Positions 1 through 8,526 of a DNA stretch of 53,964 nt are shown here, piece by piece. The notes under the pieces were generated by a model. It did not search any database. It was not told the DNA's origin and saw only the letters and a program-made list of their open reading frames with translations. The position numbers and the translations under genes were made by a program. The DNA is from a virus (lineage: Duplodnaviria; Caudoviricetes). The DNA is taken from positions 1-53,964 of the IMG/VR virus record IMGVR_UViG_3300005805_000115; one strand, 5' to 3'. Every line of letters starts with the position of its first letter. The stretch's first letter is position 1.

Positions 1-277
1 CAGTGCCTTTGGGGTGTCGGTCCAGAGGTATTGAATCAAAGTTCAGTGTACACTTCATGTCGCGCAAGGTACCGTCGGCCTTGACAAAGGTCACGGTCAC
101 TGCCTGTTTTTGCAACAAACTGCGTATCCAATCCCTGAAAATTATTCGGTCTTGATCCGTGCTTTCTTGGTAGAGATTGCCAGGCGCTCCTTTGAGCAGT
201 CGCACAGTTTCACTCATTTCCCAAGATAATTTAGTCCCGTCCATCATCTCATCCATAATATCCATCATGTTAGCCAT
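1..277 (-). CDS. WYL_2/DUF2693-like SH3-fold phage protein, 3' end runs off window
   Basis: Hand-translated, not in ORF track: MANMMDIMDEMM...AVTVTFVKADGTLRDMKCTLNF; VTFxKxDGTxRxMxCT is typical of this phage family. Confidence 0.6.
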   Translation of the reverse strand, partial: MANMMDIMDEMMDGTKLSWEMSETVRLLKGAPGNLYQESTDQDRIIFRDWIRSLLQKQAVTVTFVKADGTLRDMKCTLNFDSIPLDRHPKGT

Positions 278-278
278 A

Positions 279-668
279 TCATCCTCGACGCATGCGAGAA
301 ATTTCTGCGGCCTCTTCGACCGCAAACACAGGCACAGCATTGCTCTTGTGCATGGTCGCAATGCCTAAAACCTTGGTACCGGTATAAACTTTGTGTACCG
401 GCGCAGTGCGGTGAGGCCCGCCAGTGTCAACACTGGGATGACGTACAGTTTCGCGACCTGGGGGCACAGTCAGTTTATAAGCAGAGGTCAATGGTTGAGC
501 AGTTTTGGCCTTGGCAGGTGCAGAGGCTGTGGCCCATTTGCTGGTAAGCTTTTGCCAATCTGCAGCCAGCTCGCGAGCACGTTGAGCTTCGGCTGCTGAC
601 CGAAATTTTTGCTTGCCACGACGTTTGCCTGCAAGGCTGAGAGCAGGATGTGCTAGGTGCATGGTCAT
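279..668 (-). CDS. conserved phage hypothetical protein
   Basis: 129 aa; C-terminal KVYTGTKVLGIATMHKSNAVPVF motif familiar from T4-like aquatic phages. Confidence 0.7.
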   Translation of the reverse strand: MTMHLAHPALSLAGKRRGKQKFRSAAEAQRARELAADWQKLTSKWATASAPAKAKTAQPLTSAYKLTVPPGRETVRHPSVDTGGPHRTAPVHKVYTGTKVLGIATMHKSNAVPVFAVEEAAEISRMRRG

Positions 669-669
669 G

Positions 670-876
670 TCAATATCTCCGTGTGAGATTGGCCCAGGCT
701 AGCCACTGTTTGAAAGCATTATACACTGTTTGGGCTTCTTGGTCATCCTGTGGCACTTTGGTACCGCGCACCCAGAATCCTTCGTTGGTAATTCGGATCC
801 ATTCTTGATCTTGATCTACGTTGAAAGAAATGCTGCTGGGTTGGTAATCATCACGCAACTCGTATTGCTCAGTCAT
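670..876 (-). CDS. hypothetical protein
   Basis: 68 aa, tightly packed in minus-strand operon (ATGA overlap with upstream gene). Confidence 0.6.
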   Translation of the reverse strand: MTEQYELRDDYQPSSISFNVDQDQEWIRITNEGFWVRGTKVPQDDQEAQTVYNAFKQWLAWANLTRRY

Positions 877-1055
877 TGGATCCTGGCCTTTCTGCAGGCT
901 TGCCGCATAGCATCTGAGAAGTCTGGCGAGATTTCACTCCAGGTACAGTCAATGCGTGTGACACGCGGTTGAGCCTCAGCAGCCCACACAATGAACACAA
1001 ACAGTGCCACCGCCACCAGCATAGCAACCAACACAAATACAGTGTCACGGATCAT
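873..1055 (-). CDS. small membrane protein
   Basis: N-terminal hydrophobic helix, two Cys, ATGA overlaps both sides. Confidence 0.6.
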   Translation of the reverse strand: MIRDTVFVLVAMLVAVALFVFIVWAAEAQPRVTRIDCTWSEISPDFSDAMRQACRKARIQ

Positions 1056-1279
1056 CGACGCAACAATTCCACAGTGTATTCAGTGTCGCGCATGTGGGCC
1101 ACGGGCCGAAGCCAACCTTCGCGCACACACTCTGCAATTACCTGTCGGTAACTGTAAGGGCATCCTGCGCTGATTTCAAATCCAGCACGGGGTACCACAG
1201 TCATGCCATCTGGGCTGAAGCTGAAATCAGCGTGTCCTTGACGAATCGTTGTAAAGCCACTGTTAGCTCTAATTTTCAT
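1052..1279 (-). CDS. hypothetical protein (probably leaderless mRNA)
   Basis: 75 aa; ATG lies 6 nt downstream of a -10 box. Confidence 0.65.
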   Translation of the reverse strand: MKIRANSGFTTIRQGHADFSFSPDGMTVVPRAGFEISAGCPYSYRQVIAECVREGWLRPVAHMRDTEYTVELLRR

Positions 1280-1285
1280 ATTGCT

Positions 1286-1314
1286 ATTGTAGCAAATTTG
1301 GAATTATTGGTCAA
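1286..1314 (-). promoter_or_regulatory. sigma70-type early promoter
   Basis: TTGACC-17nt-TACAAT with extended -10 (TGC). Confidence 0.8.
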
Positions 1315-1317
1315 CCG

Positions 1318-1629
1318 TTATTTGAACAGCACCAGAGCCATCAGTGTGGCCTGCATCACAAAGCCTGTGCCAATGGTAATAATATTGAGGATATCTTTGA
1401 GAACAACCGCACGTAGAAATAATAATACTAGGCCAATGTACAGTAGCCCAACCACATCCAAAGATGGCGTCTTGTCACTGAGCCCGGTAACCAGTGCAAC
1501 AAGACTGGGCACAGTGACAGCGTGTAGAGCTATGGCCGCCATCCAGCCCAGTGTGTCTGCGCTAAGTTTGGCCAGACTTTGAGTAACAAAATTACGAATA
1601 GCTTCCATGGGTATTTTGACCAGTTTCAC
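1318..1629 (-). CDS. 3-TM small membrane protein
   Basis: Three hydrophobic segments; overlaps the stop of the cell-wall hydrolase. Confidence 0.65.
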   Translation of the reverse strand: MKLVKIPMEAIRNFVTQSLAKLSADTLGWMAAIALHAVTVPSLVALVTGLSDKTPSLDVVGLLYIGLVLLFLRAVVLKDILNIITIGTGFVMQATLMALVLFK

Positions 1630-2207
1630 GAACGATGTCCTTCAGCGTAAAAAATATGACGACCAATTTTGGTCAGACGAGGTTTTTTCCAGTTTGGATT
1701 TACATAGTCTGCATGGAAATACAGTGCTTTGTCTAAGCTGGGCAAACGGAAATTTTCCAACATAACTTTTTGAGCTATCAACTCAGACTCCTGCCATGCA
1801 CCAGGATGTACAGGTTTGACCTTGTGACTATTTTGGCAAGTCCAGGTAAATTGGCAAACTACTTTCTGGTATACAACATTTCTGGAGTGTACCACTTCAC
1901 AAACTGTATTGCCGAATCTGCCATCTTTCAAGCGATTCATGGTAACCTGCGCCACTGCGACCTTGCCTTCAAATGGTTCACCGGCAGCTTCCCAGTATAT
2001 GTTGCGTGTGAGACACTCCAGTTGTTTGAACTTTTCTGTCATGCTGACATACCCGGCAGGCATGGCTTTGATGTTGCGATCCAGCACTGTGTTGTTTTGA
2101 TCCACGATGCCATAGATCAAAACTGCCATAGCTGCCAGTCCCGTGATCTTTAGCACAGCAGACGCAGAAAAAGTCAATACAGAGGTAAGGGCTGAAACAA
2201 TATTCAT
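1626..2207 (-). CDS. SleB/CwlJ-family cell wall hydrolase (Hydrolase_2)
   Basis: CLTRNIYWEAAGEPFEGKVAVAQVTMNR, QFTW, ALYFHADYVNPNW, IGRHIFY; N-terminal membrane anchor. Confidence 0.9.
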   Translation of the reverse strand: MNIVSALTSVLTFSASAVLKITGLAAMAVLIYGIVDQNNTVLDRNIKAMPAGYVSMTEKFKQLECLTRNIYWEAAGEPFEGKVAVAQVTMNRLKDGRFGNTVCEVVHSRNVVYQKVVCQFTWTCQNSHKVKPVHPGAWQESELIAQKVMLENFRLPSLDKALYFHADYVNPNWKKPRLTKIGRHIFYAEGHRS

Positions 2208-2289
2208 GGTAGTTTTACTTACTGAGAAGGTAGCAAAACCGGATCAAATCCGGTACAAAAATTGCCATTTTGCTCAATAACTGAGTGTA

Positions 2290-3102
2290 TTATACACTAG
2301 ATAATGGTAACTTGCAAACCGGAATGGGCAACATCTTGTGTAGGTTGCGAGACCTGATTTGCTGGTATTTTCTAAGATTGGTTTTGTCTACACGAGACAT
2401 GGATCGATATCTTAGATCATCGTGGTCCCAGGTATCCATCTCCATGGCTCTTTCCAGTTCTGGATAACTCAATCCCAGCTGACCTTCGTCGGTACGACCA
2501 TCGTCCCACAGCCCATCCGTGGGTGCAGCATCGATAATTTCTTGCTCGATGCCTAGCTCTCTGCCCATGTCCCAAACTTGAGTTTTGAGGCAATCACCAA
2601 TGGGCGAAATGTCCACACCGCCGTCACCATATTTGGTAAAGAAACCCACACCGAAGTCTTCGACCCGGTTGCCTGTGCCTACCACGATGCCGTTGTTGCA
2701 CTGAGCAATTTGATACAGAGTCATCATGCGCATGCGAGCTCGGCTGTTGGCAAAGGCCAATTGTTCTTGCGGATTGGGTTCTTGCTCTGAACTGCAAAAA
2801 GGTTGCACCTTTTTTTCAAACGCCGCAAACACAGTGGTCAGGTCTAAACTCATGTGTGTGACATTTTTGAATCTCGTCAACAACCAAGATGCTTGTAGTG
2901 AGCTGCGATTGTTCAACAGCTTGTTTTGCCGTATGGGCATCTGTACCACAATGGTTTTGAGTCCAGTTTTGGCGCACAGTGTGCTTACCACTGAACTGTC
3001 TATGCCACCCGAAATACCCACTACCAGGGTGTCAATTTTGGCACTGCGGGCATAGCCTTTGATCCATTTCACAATGTGATTGATACGTTGTTTAGAGTTC
3101 AT
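2290..3102 (-). CDS. nadE: NH3-dependent NAD+ synthetase
   Basis: GISGGIDS PP-loop, NSRARMRM, GTGN, GFFTKYGDG, PTDGLW..TDE; start moved to MNSKQ (ATGA overlap). Confidence 0.92.
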   Translation of the reverse strand: MNSKQRINHIVKWIKGYARSAKIDTLVVGISGGIDSSVVSTLCAKTGLKTIVVQMPIRQNKLLNNRSSLQASWLLTRFKNVTHMSLDLTTVFAAFEKKVQPFCSSEQEPNPQEQLAFANSRARMRMMTLYQIAQCNNGIVVGTGNRVEDFGVGFFTKYGDGGVDISPIGDCLKTQVWDMGRELGIEQEIIDAAPTDGLWDDGRTDEGQLGLSYPELERAMEMDTWDHDDLRYRSMSRVDKTNLRKYQQIRSRNLHKMLPIPVCKLPLSSV

Positions 3103-3623
3103 GGTGTCTGTGGAGGTGGCATGGATTTCAATTTGTTCCACATTTGTGATTTCTCTTTGCATTTGTTTTCCATTTCTCGGTAAAGATCGCCTAGGCGACG
3201 CAGTTCGTCCCATTCCCGTTCTAGTTCTGTATTGGGTTGTAAAATGTTGAGACGTTGTTCAATTTGTTCCATCCATTTCAGGAGACTTTTGCCACGAATT
3301 ACAATGTCAGCATCATCGCCTGCCACTGTGATCCCCGAGTTCACAACGGGACTGGGCGAGATCTTTGGCCATGTGATTTGGCCTATGCCGGTGTTTATGG
3401 CTGTGTTGGGAGCGGTTGTGGTCCATACTCCAGACCCTATGGCACCAGTGGTGTTGGACCACAGGGTTTGGCTACTGAAAGTGAGATTAGACAAGTCAGA
3501 GCTGATCAAATCTATACTGGAATCGTAAATGCCAAGCTGTGAGGTGGAGTTAGATTCCAGTTGTTGTTCCTGCAGATTGGCTATCACTGTTTGTGTTAGT
3601 CCAGTTTTTTCTTTAGTGTCCAT
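3099..3623 (-). CDS. hypothetical protein, Thr/Ser-rich N-terminus and coiled-coil C-terminus
   Basis: DADIVIRGKSL...IEQRLNILQPNTELEREWDEL resembles a common phage family; start uncertain. Confidence 0.65.
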   Translation of the reverse strand: MDTKEKTGLTQTVIANLQEQQLESNSTSQLGIYDSSIDLISSDLSNLTFSSQTLWSNTTGAIGSGVWTTTAPNTAINTGIGQITWPKISPSPVVNSGITVAGDDADIVIRGKSLLKWMEQIEQRLNILQPNTELEREWDELRRLGDLYREMENKCKEKSQMWNKLKSMPPPQTP

Positions 3624-3760
3624 GTTCCGTCCTCGTTGTCAATCCACTGCAGCACATCTCCAACGCCCCACCCCATGTGGTCACAAAGTTCAGTGCCTAG
3701 ATCCAACAACAATTCACCAGGGTTGTCTGGATCTGGTACCACAGTTGCGGTAAACTTCAT
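3596..3760 (-). CDS. AbrB/MazE-like small DNA-binding protein
   Basis: Hand-translated 54 aa MKFTATVVPDPDNPGELLLDLGTELCDHMGWGVGDVLQWIDNEDGTWTLKKKLD. Confidence 0.65.
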   Translation of the reverse strand: MKFTATVVPDPDNPGELLLDLGTELCDHMGWGVGDVLQWIDNEDGTWTLKKKLD

Positions 3761-3762
3761 GG

Positions 3763-4452
3763 TCATTCTTTGCGATCCCCAAACAGTTGCAGCAGGCTGA
3801 GGAAAATATTGATAAAGTTCAAGTAAAGGCTCAGAGCGCCCAGGATTTCTTCTGATCCTGTGCTGCCCTCCACACTGACTCGTTCACGAATTTGCTGGCT
3901 GTCGTAAGCTGTCAGAGCCAAGAATATCAACACAGCCACAGCAGAGATCACAGTCTGTAGAGCTGAGCTGCCAAGAAAAACATTGATAATACTGACAACG
4001 ATCACTGCAATCAAGCCGATCAGTAGATAACGTCCCCAGCCTTCCAAACTCTGCTTGGTAAAATACCCCCACAGGCTCATGACTGCAAACAGCACAGCAG
4101 CACCCATGAAGGCACCCACAATACTGCCCATTTGAAATGTCACAAAAATCGTGGCAAAACTCAATCCCATCAAGGCTGCAAAGCCGTGCAACAGTGCCAC
4201 AGCCATGGGCCTGGGAGGATCAGCATTGATTGCAATGGTTACCACAAACACAGCGGCCAAGGGGGCGAAAATAACCAACCATTTGACCCAGCTGCCAAAA
4301 AAGAACTGTACCAAAGCCGGAGTGGTTCCCACCCACAGGCTGATCAACATACTGGTAATCACTGCCAGCATCATGTGGAAGTAAACTCTGCCCATGGCAG
4401 CATTGATCTGTCCTGCTGAACGATAGACCGGATTAGAAATTACTGTGTCCAT
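3763..4452 (-). CDS. Bax inhibitor-1/YccA family membrane protein
   Basis: About 7 TM helices; TAYDSQQI and ALSLYLNFINIFLSLLQLFG signatures. Confidence 0.9.
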   Translation of the reverse strand: MDTVISNPVYRSAGQINAAMGRVYFHMMLAVITSMLISLWVGTTPALVQFFFGSWVKWLVIFAPLAAVFVVTIAINADPPRPMAVALLHGFAALMGLSFATIFVTFQMGSIVGAFMGAAVLFAVMSLWGYFTKQSLEGWGRYLLIGLIAVIVVSIINVFLGSSALQTVISAVAVLIFLALTAYDSQQIRERVSVEGSTGSEEILGALSLYLNFINIFLSLLQLFGDRKE

Positions 4453-4467
4453 GTGTGCCTCCTAGTG

Positions 4468-4668
4468 TTAGAGCGATTTGGCTTTGCTTGTCAAGGCTTC
4501 TTTTTCCGCGGTGATTTCTTTGCGGCGCTCTTTGATCGCTTTGCTCATTTCCTGCAGGGCCTTGCGAGCCCGAGCTGCAGAAGCCTTGACATTCTTCTGC
4601 GTGAATTTTTCATTTTCCGCAATGTAGCTGTCATAGGCAGCTTTGATTGCATCGTGATTGGTAGTCAT
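4468..4668 (-). CDS. histone H1-like (Hc1-like) basic protein
   Basis: KASAARARKALQEMSKAIKERRKEI motif. Confidence 0.8.
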   Translation of the reverse strand: MTTNHDAIKAAYDSYIAENEKFTQKNVKASAARARKALQEMSKAIKERRKEITAEKEALTSKAKSL

Positions 4669-4688
4669 ACTTGCTCCTTGTGTTGTGT

Positions 4689-4717
4689 ATTATATACACC
4701 TGCATAGACAAGGTCAA
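4689..4717 (-). promoter_or_regulatory. sigma70-type early promoter
   Basis: TTGACC-17-TATAAT. Confidence 0.8.
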
Positions 4718-4724
4718 TAGTTTT

Positions 4725-4967
4725 TTAGATATAGATGTGCCGTCTATTCCATGTATCCCATACAGTGGTTATTTCCCAATTGTGATTCCATGTGATACAG
4801 AATTTTGTAAATGCATGTTGATTGAATATCAACAATCTATTGCCATTGACTTGTGTGTGTTCGGCCCTGTTTTCTTTGACCCAACTTTTGAGCAAAATTT
4901 CAGCCTGAGGATCACGCACTATCACAATGTACAATGGTTCGGATGAGCTGACATTGAGTATAGACAT
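4725..4967 (-). CDS. hypothetical protein, possible distant member of the F-x-L-x-W family
   Basis: FNQHAFTKFCITW. Confidence 0.6.
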   Translation of the reverse strand: MSILNVSSSEPLYIVIVRDPQAEILLKSWVKENRAEHTQVNGNRLLIFNQHAFTKFCITWNHNWEITTVWDTWNRRHIYI

Positions 4968-5224
4968 CAGTGCAGAGTGGTTCCTTGCGGTGCCTGCGTG
5001 TCGGAGTCAATGTCAATGCCCAATGCACTGAGATATTCTTTGAGATTGGCAGCTAGATCCAATTGTTCTTTGTCATATGCACTAGCCGCCTCTTCTGGCA
5101 CTCCAAGCAAACGCATTGCGGCACCCACGTGCAAGGTTTCAAATCCATTAGCCCAAAGCACAGCCATTAGCTCCAGCATGACTTTGCGCACGTGTTCAGT
5201 GAGGTAATCAGATTCTGACATCAT
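4967..5224 (-). CDS. hypothetical protein
   Basis: 85 aa ending in TLH, operon-packed. Confidence 0.6.
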   Translation of the reverse strand: MMSESDYLTEHVRKVMLELMAVLWANGFETLHVGAAMRLLGVPEEAASAYDKEQLDLAANLKEYLSALGIDIDSDTQAPQGTTLH

Positions 5225-5242
5225 TTTATGTATGGCAAAAAC

Positions 5243-5270
5243 AAAAAAGCGGCACGAAAGCCGCTTTTTT
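5243..5270. terminator. rho-independent terminator (bidirectional-type)
   Basis: AAAAAAGCGGC-ACGAAA-GCCGCTTTTTT. Confidence 0.85.
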
Positions 5271-5287
5271 GTGAGTGGGTAGACAGT

Positions 5288-5647
5288 TTATTCTGATGCT
5301 GCGGCCACCAGTTGCTCGGCAGTGACCGACTGCTTGGCTTTGCTGGGACGAGCAGTCTTGGCCTGTACCTTGACTTCGCCCTTCTTGGCCACACGCGCCT
5401 TTTCAGACAGCTTGTTGGCCACAGCATAACCTGCGTCGCCTTCGGTGATGCCCAGAGCCTGCAGATGCTGCAGTGCCTCAAGTTTGGTCATTGCCTGGGG
5501 CAGGGTAACCAAGTTGATATCAGTACAGCCTGCCTTGTTGAGGATCTTGATACGAGCCACCAGGTCGTTGGCGAAACGAGCCTTGACAGTGCCATCGGGG
5601 TTACGAGCGGTACCAGCCACGGTAAAAGTTTTTTCGATATTGGACAT
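5288..5647 (-). CDS. conserved phage hypothetical protein with basic tail
   Basis: MSNIEKTFTVAGTA...KARFANDLVARIKIL; AAAGG SD upstream; ORF-track start extended. Confidence 0.7.
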   Translation of the reverse strand: MSNIEKTFTVAGTARNPDGTVKARFANDLVARIKILNKAGCTDINLVTLPQAMTKLEALQHLQALGITEGDAGYAVANKLSEKARVAKKGEVKVQAKTARPSKAKQSVTAEQLVAAASE

Positions 5648-5715
5648 AATGTTGCCTTTCAAAAGTTGCCTTTGGGATTGAAGAAAAATGTTGCGTTGTT
5701 GCACAACATACCACA

Positions 5716-5744
5716 AGTATAGCAAAAGAGCAGTTTTAGGTCAA
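5716..5744 (-). promoter_or_regulatory. sigma70-type early promoter
   Basis: TTGACC-17-TATACT, extended -10. Confidence 0.75.
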
Positions 5745-5780
5745 CCACTTTTTGCTGTACTTTGGTTGGGTAATGGCTCA

Positions 5781-5909
5781 TCACTGAGCCAAATCACGGC
5801 TTTGTTGCTGAATGGTTTGCACGCCTTTGTCGGCAATGCGGGCAATACCGCTGAAGCCCACACTTGCAATCACAATACCAACCACAACGCCTAGAATAAA
5901 TTTGGTCAT
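5781..5909 (-). CDS. small membrane protein (42 aa)
   Basis: Hand-translated MTKFILGVVVGIVIASVGFSGIARIADKGVQTIQQQSRDLAQ; start overlaps upstream stop (TGATG). Confidence 0.6.
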   Translation of the reverse strand: MTKFILGVVVGIVIASVGFSGIARIADKGVQTIQQQSRDLAQ

Positions 5910-6715
5910 CACAGCACCCGAACACGATTGAGTTGAGTCAAGTTGTCACGATGGGCCTTGACTGTGCCCTGAATGGTAAGCCACGTACCAGCGTCTTTGC
6001 CTTCACGATAGCTGAAGAACACAGGCTGATCTGCGTCTGTAATACCACGAATAAACCAGCAACCGTAGGTTGTACTGAACGAGGCACTCAACACTTCTAC
6101 GTTGGCAGTGACCTTGTCCCCGGGCTGTCCTACAAATCCACCCGTGGCAAATTTTACCCGCTCTTCGGTGTTGGCTCGAATTTGATTGCGTTTGACCGAA
6201 GCAGGCAAGCTGGCAACGATGGCCAACTCATAACGATGAGTGCCAATGTCAAATTGTTGATCCACAGCCAGTACTTTGCTCACAGCCTGATCAAAGTCAG
6301 TGAGCCGGCCTTTGAGCGCACGGAAGGTTAGATCTGATTTCAAAAAAGCGCGGCACTGCTCGCCAGCTTCTCGATCTTGATCTGTAAGGGTTTCGACTCC
6401 ACGCAAAAAGTCCATCATTATGTCACGGTTACGGCGTTTGGCGATATAAGGCGGAGTGGCATTGTGCATCCACTGTTCTTCTTTTACATACTCGCCGTTC
6501 ACTCGCTGAGCAGCCGCGGCAGCGGCCCACACCTGATCCACCGGGTACTGCTGACTGGGTTGAGATTGCACTGGACGACGATTGTAACCATAAGGGTTGC
6601 GATGAGCAAGATTGCGATAGCTGTAGTTCGAATCGCGCGGATCAACATCATCTTGATGACCCATGCGTTGAATTTGGCGATTGCTCATGTTGCTGACATC
6701 TACAAAACCCGGCAT
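5909..6715 (-). CDS. hypothetical protein with possible C-terminal OB-fold
   Basis: FVGQPGDKV...TIQGTVKAH...TQLNRVRV pattern; AAGGAG SD. Confidence 0.7.
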   Translation of the reverse strand: MPGFVDVSNMSNRQIQRMGHQDDVDPRDSNYSYRNLAHRNPYGYNRRPVQSQPSQQYPVDQVWAAAAAAQRVNGEYVKEEQWMHNATPPYIAKRRNRDIMMDFLRGVETLTDQDREAGEQCRAFLKSDLTFRALKGRLTDFDQAVSKVLAVDQQFDIGTHRYELAIVASLPASVKRNQIRANTEERVKFATGGFVGQPGDKVTANVEVLSASFSTTYGCWFIRGITDADQPVFFSYREGKDAGTWLTIQGTVKAHRDNLTQLNRVRVL

Positions 6716-6745
6716 TTCCAACTCCTTGTTGCTTACTATAACCTA

Positions 6746-6774
6746 ATTATAGCAAATTGGCAATATTTGGTCAA
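6746..6774 (-). promoter_or_regulatory. sigma70-type early promoter
   Basis: TTGACC-17-TATAAT; 29 bp identical to 7512-7540. Confidence 0.85.
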
Positions 6775-7055
6775 CCGTTTGCGGCCTGTAGCATACTGAG
6801 GGGCACATTGTATCGGGCGTGATTGCCAACTTTGATCACAGCATTCTTGATTTTGACCCGCTCAATGGTACCAAAATAAGTGATACCACGGCTGGCAAAC
6901 CGAACCGAATCGCCCAGTCGCAGACTACGTGCCTGCTGCTTTCCAATCTGATTGCGCCGATACTTCACAGCCTGAGCAATGGAATTCAACTGTTCGGCAT
7001 CGAAGTTGCCAAACATGATAGCAGAGTTCACCTGCTGAATTGTGATGTTAGACAT
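6771..7055 (-). CDS. hypothetical SH3/KOW-like protein
   Basis: LRLGDSVRF...GTIERVKIK...YNVPLSML. Confidence 0.65.
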   Translation of the reverse strand: MSNITIQQVNSAIMFGNFDAEQLNSIAQAVKYRRNQIGKQQARSLRLGDSVRFASRGITYFGTIERVKIKNAVIKVGNHARYNVPLSMLQAANG

Positions 7056-7266
7056 TGACGGCTCCCGGGTGAACCCAATCCCAATCTACTGCACCAAGAA
7101 AATCTACTTCTTCGCCTAGCTCAGAAGCAACGATCCCATATGCATACCAACCACGAACAAAACCCTCTTGCCGACGGATAAACGCATCTGCATCTTCCTG
7201 GGAAGCAAACACCCCCAAGAAATCGTAGTTTTCGGTATTATCTAGTAGCACAGAAAAAACACGCAT
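7048..7266 (-). CDS. hypothetical protein
   Basis: FLGVFASQEDA motif common in small phage proteins. Confidence 0.6.
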   Translation of the reverse strand: MRVFSVLLDNTENYDFLGVFASQEDADAFIRRQEGFVRGWYAYGIVASELGEEVDFLGAVDWDWVHPGAVNV

Positions 7267-7286
7267 TCTGAATCTCCGCTTATCAA

Positions 7287-7481
7287 TTAGACAATTTCAT
7301 CTTGATCAACTAACAGACGAGTAGCTGGTTCACTGCGCCAACGCAAGCTCACTGGCTGATCCAGCACCACGGTATATTGCACCTTCCCGCCGTATTTCAC
7401 ACGGCTGGATTCTACTGTGCCTGAAATTACTGCATCAAGATAACGTGCGGTAATATGTTCCCCGTCTTTGATCCAACCCAT
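7287..7481 (-). CDS. hypothetical SH3-like protein
   Basis: MGWIKDGEH...GTVESSRVKYGGKVQYTV; AAGGAG SD. Confidence 0.7.
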   Translation of the reverse strand: MGWIKDGEHITARYLDAVISGTVESSRVKYGGKVQYTVVLDQPVSLRWRSEPATRLLVDQDEIV

Positions 7482-7511
7482 TTGCTGCTCCTTGTTACTT
7501 ACTATACCCAT

Positions 7512-7540
7512 ATTATAGCAAATTGGCAATATTTGGTCAA
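7512..7540 (-). promoter_or_regulatory. sigma70-type early promoter
   Basis: TTGACC-17-TATAAT. Confidence 0.85.
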
Positions 7541-7549
7541 ATCGGGCAA

Positions 7550-7567
7550 TGTTGCAAAAAAGCAACA
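7550..7567. promoter_or_regulatory. 18-bp palindromic operator candidate
   Basis: TGTTGC-AAAAAA-GCAACA just upstream of the -35. Confidence 0.6.
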
Positions 7568-7569
7568 GA

Positions 7570-8526
7570 TTACTCAAAAGTCACTGGTGGCCGGTAACTG
7601 TGATGTCTAAATATGTAGGTCACATCCTTGTTTTTCAACTTTCGGATGTTGTTGAGTGGGCTTCGGAATCCCAGAGTATCAACCAAGTGCCAGCCTTGTT
7701 GACTGTGTGCATCAATGACATCTTGCACTAGATCGTGATTTTTGAAATTCATCACGTTCCAGGCGCTGATTCCGGACAGCCGGAGATTGGCCAGCCCGTG
7801 TTGTATCAGAGGCCGCAGCCAATGATCACTCCAGTCTCGATAGGTAGGATGTCTGTGATAGCTTTGATCACTGTGGCTGGTGTATACTTCTAGATTGAAA
7901 TAAGGCGGGCTGGTCAGCACAATGTCCACGGGACCAATGGTACCAACATCAAACGACTCTGCGGGCTGATTGCGAACACAGACATGGTTCTGGGCAGACA
8001 CAAACTGAATCATTTTCATTAGATTGGCGTGAGTGTCAGGGTTAGGCTCACAGGCATGATAGTTCCAACCTGCGGCCACAGTGCCCAACATTCTACCGCC
8101 CCAGCCGGCACAGGGATCATACAACACGCCTTGAGTTGAGCCATGTTGACGTATCAGTTGTAGAGCAAAATGAGGACGATAAAAACTGCTGTTGGCAATG
8201 CCTGCATTCATGAACACTGCTCGGCGAATCCAACTCAACCACAGTTGACTCATGCCTTGCCGGCCCCATTGCAACACTCGATCCATGATCACTGGATCTT
8301 GCCAAGCTCGGGCAAAGCTCTGCCCTGCTGCATTTTCGATATGCCAAAAATTGTCACAAAAGTGCTGGCACAGTTTCATTCCAGGTTTGAATTGACTGCC
8401 TGACTTGAATGTGCGACACTGTTTGAGCCGCTGCCAATCATCCCAAAGTTCGCTCACAGAATAACTGTAGCGATAGTCCATGGCCATGAGATCGGCCAAA
8501 GAAATGTTGGGATCCAGTGCGGTCAT
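7570..8526 (-). CDS. amino (N4-C/N6-A) DNA methyltransferase
   Basis: SAM-binding YDPCAGWGGR and catalytic TSPPY. Confidence 0.85.
   Translation of the reverse strand: MTALDPNISLADLMAMDYRYSYSVSELWDDWQRLKQCRTFKSGSQFKPGMKLCQHFCDNFWHIENAAGQSFARAWQDPVIMDRVLQWGRQGMSQLWLSWIRRAVFMNAGIANSSFYRPHFALQLIRQHGSTQGVLYDPCAGWGGRMLGTVAAGWNYHACEPNPDTHANLMKMIQFVSAQNHVCVRNQPAESFDVGTIGPVDIVLTSPPYFNLEVYTSHSDQSYHRHPTYRDWSDHWLRPLIQHGLANLRLSGISAWNVMNFKNHDLVQDVIDAHSQQGWHLVDTLGFRSPLNNIRKLKNKDVTYIFRHHSYRPPVTFE

Noticed and set aside
7550-7567. 18-bp palindromes as terminators or canonical CRP/LexA sites
   Set aside because: Stems are weak with no U-tract, and sequence and spacing differ from TGTGA-N6-TCACA and CTGT-N8-ACAG; kept only as an unknown operator.
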